Of a stretch of 64,000 bases of DNA, positions 50,861-63,037 are shown in pieces. Under the pieces are notes generated by a model, which was not told the DNA's origin, searched no databases, and was given only the letters and a program-made list of their open reading frames with translations. The DNA is taken from assembly GCA_051294905.1 (NCBI GenBank), contig CM119371.1:2606001-2670000 (forward strand). Reading direction: 5' to 3'. Origin of the DNA: Botryllus schlosseri. Taxonomy: Eukaryota. Each line of letters starts with the position of its first letter. Within the stretch, counting starts at the first letter, position 1. The position numbers were made by a program, and so were the translations under genes.

Positions 50861-53800
50861 TTGAAAACTGACAACCACACCGGCCAATTTGATATTTTTG
50901 TATATTGTTACAACGGTCAGTGACAAAATATACACCAACAACGACTCCGATACATTTGTGTATTCGCATACTCACTTGCTCTGGCGCAGTCCCATCAAAA
51001 TCGACGGTGAGCCACACACACACACACACACACAAACACAATAACAATGCGCTATTTCGATATGACTGCGATGTCCGGGTTCATGCTTTAGATTTTCCAG
51101 AACCAATCCGTCTAAAGTTGTAATCCCCCCACCTTTGTTAACTGGTTGATACACGGATAACAATCTTCGGAAAATGTAGGAACGCATACTACCCATCGTG
51201 CTAACGATTCCGGGTTACTTGTGATTAATTTCCTTGCTCACCCTATACAGATTATACGTACAGCGATATGTAGCGGTAATCGGTTTGGTCAATACATATC
51301 GCCCCATTCAGTATGGAATTACAAACCCAATACAGGTCAGTTCATAACCGGATCCGGATATTCAATGCAAAGCGATAAAGCAGAACCAATGACCAAATGT
51401 AATTAAACATGTAGATTCACAACCCTTGATTTTTTTCGTGAAAATTGACAATACATATCGAATATATTTTACGATGGTTCAACCCTACCAAGTATTCTCG
51501 TAAATGTGGTTTATGACATTACATACAATGCGTCGGTGTACAAATGTTGGGTGTTTATGCACACATCGGTATGACCTATAGACAACATCATCATACCCTC
51601 CAGGACTTCGTTATTATATCGCGAGTTCAATAAAATCAATTTTGTATATTCAATCGGTGGCATAGACGACGGAAGGCTTGGAGATCCAATGTAAAATTCA
51701 GACAAACAAACGGGTATATTTGTCCATCTTGGTTCTTCAATCAACTACCATTGGTGCTCTCGATACAGCTAACGGTACAGTATGCAACGCATATCATTAG
51801 AGTGATATATCCACAGGTAAATATGGGGCCTGGCCACAATAATTGTACGACGCCGACAAATCGATGCACGCAAGGTGTGGTTGATGATAATTGTTTCATG
51901 TGTCAAAGATACAGCACTCTCTTGTAAAGGTTAGCAGATCCTGCAGAAGCACAACTTGGATTACATTACCAAATCGATTTCAAACTTAAACCGAATCACT
52001 GGTGTTGAGAGTAGTGATATCCGATTTTTCGAATATTCATATCGACTTAGTGAACGATCGGTAACGACACTTATCATAAACATTATGAATATTAGTAATT
52101 CCAGTCGTGTCTATCTTGTGTTGTTACTAGTTGCTAAAACCATCGAGTGAATCAGTGAAAGGATAGTAATCTGGGTTAAAGCTCGATACAATTATTGTGG
52201 CCAGGCCCCATATTTACCTGTGGATATATCACTCTAATGATATGCGTTGCATACTGTACCGTTAGCTGTATCGAGAGCACCAATGGTAGTTGATTGAAGA
52301 ACCAAGATGGACAAATATACCCGTTTGTTTGTCTGAATTTTACATTGGATCTCCAAGCCTTCCGTCGTCTATGCCACCGATTGAATATACAAAATTGATT
52401 TTATTGAACTCGCGATGTAATAACGAAGTCCTGGAAGGTATGATAATGTTGTCTATAGGTCATACCGATGTGTGCATAAACACCCAACATTTGTACACCG
52501 ACACATTGTATGTAATGTCATAAACCACATTTACGAGAATACTTGGTAGGGTTGAACCATCGTAAAATATATTCGATATGTATTGTCAATTTTCACGAAA
52601 AAAATCAAGGGTTGTGAATCTACATGTTTAATTACATTTGGTCATTGGTTCTGCTTTATCGCTTTGCATTGAATATCCGGATCCGGTTATGAACTGACCT
52701 GTATTGGGTTTGTAATTCCATACTGAATGGGGCGATATGTATTGACCAAACCGATTACCGCTACATATCGCTGTACGTATAATCTGTATAGGGTGAGCAA
52801 GGAAATTAATCACAAGTAACCCGGAATCGTTAGCACGATGGGTAGTATGCGTTCCTACATTTTCCGAAGATTGTTATCCGTGTATCAACCAGTTAACAAA
52901 GGTGGGGGGATTACAACTTTAGACGGATTGGTTCTGGAAAATCTAAAGCATGAACCCGGACATCGCAGTCATATCGAAATAGCGCATTGTTATTGTGTTT
53001 GTGTGTGTGTGTGTGTGTGGCTCACCGTCGATTTTAATGGGACTGCGCTAGAGCAAGTGAGTATGCGATTACACAAATGTATCGGAGTCGTTGTTGGTGT
53101 ATATTTTGTCACTGACCGTTGTAACAATATACAAAAATATCAAATTGGCCGGTGTGGTTGTCAGTTTTCAAAACGAAAATGGTATTGTTACCCAGGGAAA
53201 AAATGTATTTCCAAGTGAAAACGGTATTGGTACTCAGTTAAATGATAGTTTCCAGACGAAAAGGGTTTGTTACCCAGGAGAAAATGATTAGTTACTCTAG
53301 GTAAAAGTATTTTTCCAAGTGAAAATGTATTGTTACACTGGGTAAACGCCGGATCTCCAAAGGAAAATGATATTTTTACTCGGGTAAACGACGGACCACC
53401 AAGTGAAAATGGTTTGTTGCTCAGGGAAAAAGGTTCGTTACCGGGGAAAAAATATATTTCCAAGTGAAAAAGGTTTGTTGCCCAGAGAAAAAATATATTT
53501 CCAAGTGAAAAAGGTTTGTTAACCAGAGAAAAAATATATTTCCAAGTGAAAAAGGTTTGTTACCCAGAGAAAAAATATATTTCCAAGTGAAAAAGGTTTG
53601 TTGCTCAGGAAAAAAATATATTTCCAAGTGAAAAAAGGTTTGTTAGCCGAGGAAAAAATATATTTACAAGTGAAAATGGTTTCTTACTTTGGGTAAACGT
53701 CAGATCTCCAAAGGAGAATAATATGTTTAGTCAGGTAAACGATGGACTGGCAAGTGAAAGTGGTAATTTTACATAGGTAAACGTCGTGGGTTCAGTGTCG

Positions 53801-56800
53801 TTGGTCTTGTTAAACGTTATCGCTTGACGTTGGTATACTATTACGAGTGTGAAAAGGCTATGCACCTCTTGTGCGGAGTATCGCGACAGTGAACATATTT
53901 TTGGTGTGACGAAACAAGATCGTTGTTTACATGTTAATGCATTTCGATTACCGAGTAGCTGTACAACAGAGAGGAGTCTACAGTTAGTTCGTGCTGTATG
54001 TCCGACGAAAACCACAACGAAGACCACTTATGAATCGATTCGAAACATTTCAACCCTTCTTACATTTAGTCAATTCGAGTCAATTGTAATACGGATCCCC
54101 CCAAGTAGGCTATGACACACACCTACACACCAATATCGTAAACACTCAACTTGATGACATTGATATAGTGTTACTAAAAACAATTATAAAATATTTGTAA
54201 AACTAAATCGGAATTCATGTCGTAGCAGGTTTCTTGAACTCGTGCTTGATGAAAACGATTGGTGACAAGTATGCGTTTGTGTTTGAGTGAAAAATAATTA
54301 TTTAGAGTAGTGACATTTTGTGACCAACGAATGCAAATCGATCATGATACTACAATATACGCTTTCGTCAACATAACGACTTGGCGCAGGAGAAACACTT
54401 TCATGTTTTTTCAATAACTGGATTCTCGAGACTTGTTACTTGTACCATGTACCGTTGGTGACTATAACGGCCATTTTGTATGATAGTACGTTTAGCTGTT
54501 TTGTTGCTAGGGCAATCACTTGATGACCCAGCACTTTTTGTTAGCAAAGTAGATTGATTTGTGTGTAAGATGTAAGCACCGTAACTAGAAAACATATGTA
54601 CTCTGTTGTTGGAGTAGCTGATTTATTGCTATAACATGGACATATCCTGAAACCTTGGTTGGTTTGTTGTCTTACGAAAGATGAGGTGACCTCGGTGTCG
54701 TAAATTGTGTTAACTAAACCCGGATGGATACCACAATTGTGCTGGACTTACGCATGGTATTCGCATACTGTACGCATACAAACTTTTGTGTAAACAACTC
54801 TGATGTTTCTGTTGGTACTAGCGCTGTGTTGAACTATTTGGTTCTTAAGACACATGAACACCCATTCAGACAATAAAGGTCTTGTGATATCGAAACAGTT
54901 TGTAGAGTCTAACCAACCATTCTTTAGTTTCGTAATGCGAGAATATCGAGTAAAGTTAATTACTTAGTGCGATGTTAATATCTTTCGTACTTTTGTAAGA
55001 GTTGTGGAGTAACATACCAAGTAACTAGTTGACACAAACAAAATATTGAATGACTGCTAACGCATTGAGTTCATAATCCAAGAGGGTGAAATTTGTTTAC
55101 TGTTAAACTAACATAACTCGTATCCAGCGAAACAGATACAATCCGGTGATGTGATGTTGGTCAATATCCATTTTGTAAAGATTGAGTAAATCCTCTTCCG
55201 TCAGGTGGGTGTGGTTCAAATCAATAGCATGTTACACATAAACATCATTTGTATTGAGGGTGATATTGTTGAGTGATGATGCCGCAACAACACAACAAGT
55301 ATTATTTTGTATCGGGTGTTTGTGCTTTAGGAATAGCGAAGTGTGTGATATTTTGGATATCTGTGTTCGGCTGAAACTAGGGTTGTCCTTGGGTCTTGTG
55401 TTGGGTAAATCAGAACTATGTCTAGAATTCAAGCACGTCCAAGTAACGTCTTTTAGTGACAGAGTATTGTGACGACATTTACTTTAGCGAATGACAACGG
55501 AAAAATTTCCAATTTCTCTGATCGTGTGTGTGTGTGTGTGTTTTACAAATAATTCCAGTACACCTAACTATAGGACACATTTAGTAAACATCGTGCAAAT
55601 TGTTTCTTTGTGATGGTAACGACTTTCAGCGGCTTAGTTTCATGTCGGGAATTATTATTTGAGGGTTCAAAAACAATTTCAATCAATACTACAAATGAAC
55701 AACAATACAAAACACGTTTAGTGAATTATAGTGTAGCAAGTACTTTTTCGATATTACGATTGTTGTGCACCAGACATTTCTAACTGAATTGAATGCATCT
55801 AGCAAACATATTCCAATTTACTTTTGTAATGATCAAAGTATGTGAAATGGTGCGAACGGATTAGGTATTAATCAAGCGGTGGTATGTCAATTCACCTAGA
55901 GTGATATCTTGACACCGGGTAATGTGCGAAAGTGTTTCAATTCTCACCACAGATTACGATGATAAAGTATTGTACCGGTTATTGTTTAACAAAGGAAATT
56001 GTTGTTTCATCTTTAGTCTTGGTTAGTGGAGACAATTACATTTGTAAAATATTTTCTGATATCCGCGATACGCAGGGTGATATGTACCAAGGTGAAATAA
56101 TTTTCCATTCAAGAACATTTCAGACACGCATAGTTTTACAACTCAATATGTTAATAACAACGGCACTGAAAAGTTTGTTGCTGTCATAATAACCTTTACC
56201 ACAACGCCGGGTCTAATTAACGCAAATAATGTAATAATCAAGCCATGATCAACTATTGCATATGGCACGTCAATGTATCAATCCTTATGTTTACAGAATG
56301 GTAACTTTCGATATAACACCAGCGTTCGATTGTAAGAAATGAAGTCGCAACTATACTTTGATCAGACTTTCAAATCTCGTATACTCAAACATATTATGTT
56401 AATCTCAAATCACCTGCACCGAGTGGTAATTACTTTTGTCTTACAAAATATATCGCATAGTAATCTCTTTGTCTTGTGGTATAGTAACGACTTTTACAGT
56501 TGAACAAAAAGGACGAGTTGGTGGTATATGCCTAAACCGAACTTGCTATGGATTTTAGATTGTAGCGATTGTATGGACTCGTGTATGCTTGGTTGTTTTC
56601 ATACTGATACTGCTTGAGTTGGTTGGGTAAGTTACAAACGGATTGACTTGACAATGTTTTCGTGGTTGACTCTTTGAATATGGTAAGATGGTAAGATGTC
56701 GAGATGTAATACTATTTCCGTACACTCAATTACAACAAAACATAACCCGCATTCAAATAAGCCGTAAGCTACAAGTGGATTTAAAACTTGACGCTGTTTT

Positions 56801-59800
56801 GTGGTTAACTCAAGTCAGTGGTCATATTTGTGTTGATTTCAGGAATGATCATGACGAGTTGGTCGGGTAAATTAGTGATAGTAACTATGGCCGTACAGAG
56901 TTGCTGACATTCAAACATCTTTTACGCTGTAATATGCGGATTTTATTGTGATAAATTATTTCTCAGTTATTGTTCAGACATCCAAATCTCGTATACTCAA
57001 AATATAATATGTTTATGTCAAGTCATTTATGTGTCGATTAGTGAATAGCTTACTTTGTCTTCAGAATAGTAACGACCTTTACAATTGAATAAAAAAGACC
57101 GATCATACAAATACAACCAGGATGAATTAATTCAAATTTGTGAGTTGCAGTGATATAATCAAGTAAGTGAAAACTAGATTTTGAACACTTGTTAATGTTG
57201 TAAATAATTCTTTTGAGTATGGTAAGATGTTAAAATGTCGCTTTGACAAACGAAAAGTCGGATCGCGAATAGAGTTGCAATGTTCCATTACTTGTTTCAA
57301 ATCAATGTGCGTATAATATCAATATGGGACTGTGGGAAAGTTGATGGTCATGTTTGTCAATCCTATTTCAATTCACACTACGTCAAAGTCAAAATATTTC
57401 GTTTCGGATTATCTCAATTTACCTATAGAACATCTCGCGAATGGATTCCGACACCGTACTATAACTAGATCGCTATGTCTGATGCATTATCGCGTCACCG
57501 ACGTAGGATTTTACAATTATTTCACACCTTTTTTGAATAAGCGTCAACTTCACAGAGGATTAGGGTTGGGGCAGAAATAAGTGGAAATTTGTCGGTATTC
57601 GAATCACCGTCTACGCCGGCTCTGTTATTCGTTACTTATTAAATTTTACCAGCGAAATCCGGTTCTGTGACAAACTAAGTACCAAAATAGTATCTTGTGA
57701 GTGATTGGAATGTATGTAACAGCAAGTCGCGAAAGATGGTTATGTCCGAGACAATATCTTGTCAGCGATCGCGGGGTTTGCAACCTATTTCACACCTTTT
57801 TGGAGTGTTAATATGTGAACGCGGCTATTGTTGGTATCACCGTCTACGCCGGTTATGTGGCAAACCAATTACCAAAATATTACATTGTCAACGATCGGCG
57901 TGTATGTAACAGCGAGTCGCGAGCGATGGTTATGTCTTAGGTATTATCTTGTGAGCGGTCGCGGGATTTTACCAATATTTCACACCTTTTTGAATAAGCG
58001 TTCACTTCACAAAGGATTAGGGTTAGAGCGGAAATAAGTGGCAATTTGTCGCTATTCAAGTTACCGACACTGGCGGTCTGTTATTCGTTACTTATTAAAT
58101 CTTACGAGTGAAATCAAGCTCTGTCCCAAACTGCTTACGAAAATTTCACCGCGTGAGTGATCGATATGCCTGTAACATCAAGTCGCGTATGTCTGAGACA
58201 TTATCTTGTCAGCGATCGCAGGGTTTGCAAACTATTTCACACCTATTTGGAGTGTTAATATGTGAACGCGGCTATTGTTGGTATTGGAATCGCCGTCTAC
58301 GCCGGCTCCGTGGTAAACTAATTACCAAAATATTACCTTGGAAGTGACTCCTAGATTTAGCAAACTATTTCGCACTGAATGGATTAGTGTAATAATCGAT
58401 AGTAGCACGCAGTTGGCCGGGAAACAATTCCACACGCAGGTCATTCGAAATATAGGTCGCACGCACTGCTTAATCCTCACAACAAGCCACGTTTCCGTTT
58501 GTGCGGTTATTGTTGGTGACTCGTACATATTCAACACCGCACGAGAGATGCCTGAAAGTACGAATCACGACCGCACCCGTAAGAATACACGACAGGCGAA
58601 TCACCGCCACCACCTATAGCAAAAAAGACGAGTCACGACCACGAGTTTTCACGGCGAATCACCGCCACGAGCTATACCTGAAAGGGCGAGTCACGACCGC
58701 ACCCATAAGACACAATAACCGCATGCCAGCTCCACCATAAGACGCAATAGCCGCTCGCCACCCCCGCCATAAGACATAATTGCCGCTCACCACCCCCGCC
58801 ATAAGAAATAAGTGCCGCTCGCCACCCCCGCCATAAGACGAAAACGTTAGCTCGCCACCCCCGCCATAAGACGAAAACGTTAGCTCGCCACCCCCGGTTT
58901 CTCGTTAGCTCGCCACCCCGCCCATAAGAAACAATGGCGCATCACGAGCGATCTATACTACTACTGGTAATACAGAGACACTACAGTAGATCTTGAACTG
59001 GGGTCTATATATCCTTTGATGGTGTGCAACTGCACATATACTAGTTGAAGGGCCAAGTCGACTCATTACACAGAGTGACTCGAGTCGAGTCATTTCAGTA
59101 CTTCGAGAAAATGACTCGAGTCAAGTCGAGTCAGCAGAAAGACGTGGCTCGAATCGAGCCATGACTAGAGTCATTGCAAGTTGCAACCCTGATTTGTCGC
59201 GTATGCTGCGACACGGCCAATCAAGTTTTCAAAGCTTCCTCAGTGGAAATAGCATCGAAACTATAATTGTCGTTAGTAAATCAACTTTCAAATGCGAGTA
59301 GCGTATGATACCGGTACTCGAAAAAATCGTATTTTACTACCCAACTAGAATCATTGTGCCCAGCCATAACAATGCATATAAATATTGTGAGAGATGTATA
59401 GAGCAGACAGCAAGATGGATAAAAATGGCAACACAATTATTCTACTGCAATCCCAACATAGTGTAAGGCTAGCGCTAAAATTGCATCGATTCAACTTGAG
59501 TCGGACTCGAGTCATTATATTGGATATACAAAATGACTTGACCCATACGTCGGTCATTGTGCATTCCTCGGACAAGTCATAAGACTCGTGTATTAGTACC
59601 AATATTTGGAAAACAGACAGAAAAACTGTGTTTATGTGTATTTACAAACAAGTTAGGAGTGAGAAGAATGACTAGTGGTTGTAATTGGTAGTGGCGAGAA
59701 AACGCAGATATTCGGATCTGAAATCATTGGTTTGTCAAAAAATATAATTCATAATTTACCTACTTTTCACCTCATATTTCATTCGGAGATTGATGTTTGT

Positions 59801-60469
59801 CAGATTCCGACCGATCCGTTTGGATTGTCGCGTAAACGTCTTTTACGAAAGATGTACCTGAGGAACAGCCTTTCAAATGAGATGCAATCAACTGCAATAT
59901 AATCAGAAGTGGTTGTATAAAGTAGAATCAGTAAAGCTATCTATACATAGAAAGCACAGTACCCGGCTAAAGTACCCGGCTCTATTTCCTATAGTTTACA
60001 GGCACAAATAGTCAAGATGTAATTGGTGTTACTCAGGTAGAAGTAACGTCATACATTGCTAGTCATGCACAATTCGTTAGTTAGAAGATAAAGGCCAGTT
60101 TTTCCCAGAAACTGAAAGCTGTTCCTGTAGTTTAAGTTGACCAAAGTCTTAACCACTCCGATAATTAGTGCTAGTATGCAAAACATATTTTGGATTTTAT
60201 TACTGTAAAAAATTAAATTGACTTCATTACTGACCACCACTGCTTGCATAGGACCAGATTCAGTTTTCTAGTTTGTTTCACGTCCAAGCTTAGCATTGGT
60301 TGTGTGTGCTTGAAGCGAGATGAAATATATTTTGAATATCGGCGGCTACATCGGCATGATCAGCAGAAGTGTAGTTATCGGTTTGATCGCTAGCTGATGA
60401 AATATCCGGTATTGGTCAGGCTCTAGTTCAACACACAATGGTAGGGGGGCAGACTTGTACACCTTACTC

Positions 60470-60830
60470 ATTTTCCAAACTAGCAACTAGATCTACTTAT
60501 TTTTCGAAACTAGCAACTAGAATTAGTCATTTTTAAAAATTCGCCACCAGAAATAGAAATATAATTACTCAATTTTTTTAAAATTAGCAATATGAGTTGA
60601 ACTGGAACCACGCTCTTTTCAGAATCTGTAACTAGAACTGGAATTACTTAATTATCAAAACTAGTAACTGGATTTACTTATTTTTTTAAATTCGCCGCTA
60701 GAAATAGAAATACTCAATTTTTTAAAAATTAGCAATTTCAGTTAAACTGGAACTACGCAATTTTCAAAATCCGTAACTAGAACTGGAACTACTTGATTTT
60801 CAAAACTAGTAACTGGAATTACTAATTGGT
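60470..60830. repeat. Degenerate tandem repeat of about 30-35 bp (ACTAG(T/C)AACT(A/G)GAATTACTTATTTTT(C/T)AAAA)
   Basis: Recurring actag/aactggaa/ttact/tttt-aaaa units with a higher-order duplication. Confidence 0.7.
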
Positions 60831-61699
60831 ACAATCGGTACAAATTGGTACAAATCAATCTTTTGCCTTTTCGTTCTTTTCTAATTTCTTCCATTCTATT
60901 GTGCCGAGACCTTCAGCGGCTTGCGGTCCTATGCAGAAAACAACATAGGGTCAATTACGTCAGCATTGTAATTTTGTAGAACTTTTGATAGGTCAATCGG
61001 AGGTGGGTTGGCTACTTACTAAGTTGCGTCATGAATTGGACAAAAAGATAATATTGAGCTTTTCCAAATTAGATTAGAAGTAGAATTACTGATTTTGCAA
61101 AAATTGTCTATGTGCCTACACCTAGCGTGGCTCGTTTTTTACTATACCAGGGGTCACCTCAATTGCCGACGATCTGATTTGAGATTTTGGAAGTACGCGA
61201 AATTGATTTCAGTTTTCAAATGATTATTGTTGTTGTTTCAAAGAAAACAGATCGACGACAAAAACAGATTCTGCGATGGCAACAGCATTCCATAGAGGAA
61301 GAGTCTGCTTATATCAATAAGCATTTTGTCTTGACATGCAATGGCCAAGACACTGCCTAGACAAAGCGGCCCAGGACCTCCCCACAAGATCGATCTTTAG
61401 GATGAGATAGTCTTTCAGATTAGATTAAAATTAGATTACAGGCAGTTCGCTCATTTCTGCCTTGAAGTGACATACTGAAAGGTGTTGATAGAGACAATCC
61501 ACTACGATTTTTGTGGATAGGCTTCTCTCATGCCACTTTGCTAACACGCAATCGAAATGACAAATCCTGTTACCAGAGCTTCATTTTATATGTCACACCA
61601 CATTTGCAGGATGTTGTGGAAGTAAGATATTTTTGAATCGTGTAAAGCTCAGAGAATGCTTGACGTAAAATATCCATTTAAACTGCATGACACATACCT

Positions 61700-62058
61700 T
61701 ATTACCTTGTAAGGTCTTCTGAGATAACTGAATCCAACAAACCTGCCAGATATCGTTTTGGTGGCCTGATTCGGGAACACTAGCCGGCATTTACTTTTCC
61801 GCCTTTTTTTCTTGAGTGGCCGAATCTTCCTACAAATATTATCTTTAAACAATGTCGGTTGGGATTCGATTATGTATCGGAATCATTTGAGAATTCAATT
61901 TCGTTTTCTAGCTTGCGTTCTGTGAGAAATTCTGATGTACGCTGTTCTTTGATTTCAGGAACAGGAACTATCCTACAATGTAGGAATTGGTTCATATGGC
62001 CGAGAAATACAGCCCTCGTATCTGATATCTTAATATATTTTCAGAAATAGCACCATGG
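61700..62058 (-). pseudogene. Coding-like segment paralogous to 43214-43462, apparently frameshifted
   Basis: AISENILRY / DTRAVFLGHMNQFLH...EFLTERKL / RKIRPL, in shifting frames; acceptor ctaatag before 62058. Confidence 0.35.
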
Positions 62059-62813
62059 CTATTAGAGATGTCAATAGTTTAGAGCAGTGGTTCTCACAGT
62101 TTTTAGCGGGAGACCAAATTTTATGTTACTTTACATTTCGCAACCCAAGATTCGCTCGTGTAAAAATGCATTTCTGACACAAGTAAGCCCATGCAACTAT
62201 TTTACGAGCATGTATGAATCAGGCAAGGTGCAGACGAAAAGACAGTCAATATCAAAGTAGGCTACCTATACCTTTCCGGAGTACTCGAGTAAGTAGATTT
62301 GATTAGATCTGCTAACCATATTTAGGCAGAACTTTTTCGACTTTGGATTTTGCCAACTAGAAGTTGGTTTTGGGATAGGTAGCGAGCACTTTTACGTATA
62401 AATTTTCATAACGGTGAAGTAGCGTCTGAATCACGGTCATTAAATTTATTTAAAATGGAACCAATTACTGGAAATATTTTTTGGCTCATTTTCAAACAAG
62501 TTTTTTGCATTACAGTGCTGCCAATTAGCCACAATCGACAACACACGACATGCGATTTAATTACCGGTAGTTGCATAATTTCAAAATGTCGTGGTTCGAG
62601 TTCTAGTTGCACATCTCAAAAATCCAGTGGTTTGAACAAATTTGCTGTATTACATTATTTTAAGAAGTGTGTAGGCCTATACTAGTGATTCTCATTGGCT
62701 GAAAGATGATCAAGTGTTGTCAAGCAGGAATGACGGCAGAAAATAAAGCAGATAACGATCAAATTTAATGTCGGATATAATATTGCAAATATCAGCATCA
62801 ATAGGAATTTTAC

Positions 62814-63037
62814 CTGGTTTCCAATGAAAATTCAACACTTGACGTGTGACTGGTCCAAAAATGTCTGGATTGATATCGATTGAAACTTCTCAAAGCTTTT
62901 AAAGCGTGTTCGATTGTTTGTGTGTGAAGTTGGTGAATGCGAATCAGAGCTTGTACGCTGGAATTCTTCAGATCTCGTATGACTCGAGATTCCGTGATGA
63001 CTACACCGCGCCGATCTTTGAATTGGAACAGAAGTAC
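62814..63037 (-). CDS. Possible internal exon of an unidentified gene
   Basis: Acceptor gttttcag, donor AG|gtaaaa, open frame (ORF 62810-63055). The phase-2 donor fits the acceptor at 62058. No recognisable domain. Confidence 0.35.

Larger units (their letters stand above)
45067..58965. mobile_element. Giant palindromic non-autonomous Polinton/Maverick-like element (13,899 bp)
   Basis: Termini AGTAGTAGTATAGATCG... / ...CGATCTATACTACTACT; perfect 6-bp TSD GGTAAT (45061-45066, 58966-58971). Arms 45067-51847 and 52187-58965 are near-identical reverse complements; longest listed ORF is 126 aa. Superfamily assignment rests on termini and TSD only. Confidence 0.8.

Noticed and set aside
45292..58740. 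The many paired 60-126 aa ORFs in the palindrome arms as real genes
   Set aside because: They are short, often start at non-ATG codons, overlap repeats and microsatellites, and show no pPolB, integrase, ATPase, protease or capsid motif I can recognise. The pairing only reflects the symmetry.
45067..58965. Palindrome as a sequencing or assembly hairpin artefact
   Set aside because: Disfavoured, not excluded. It ends exactly at transposon-like termini with a 6-bp TSD, has different unique flanks and a 339-bp unique spacer, and shows non-random arm differences.
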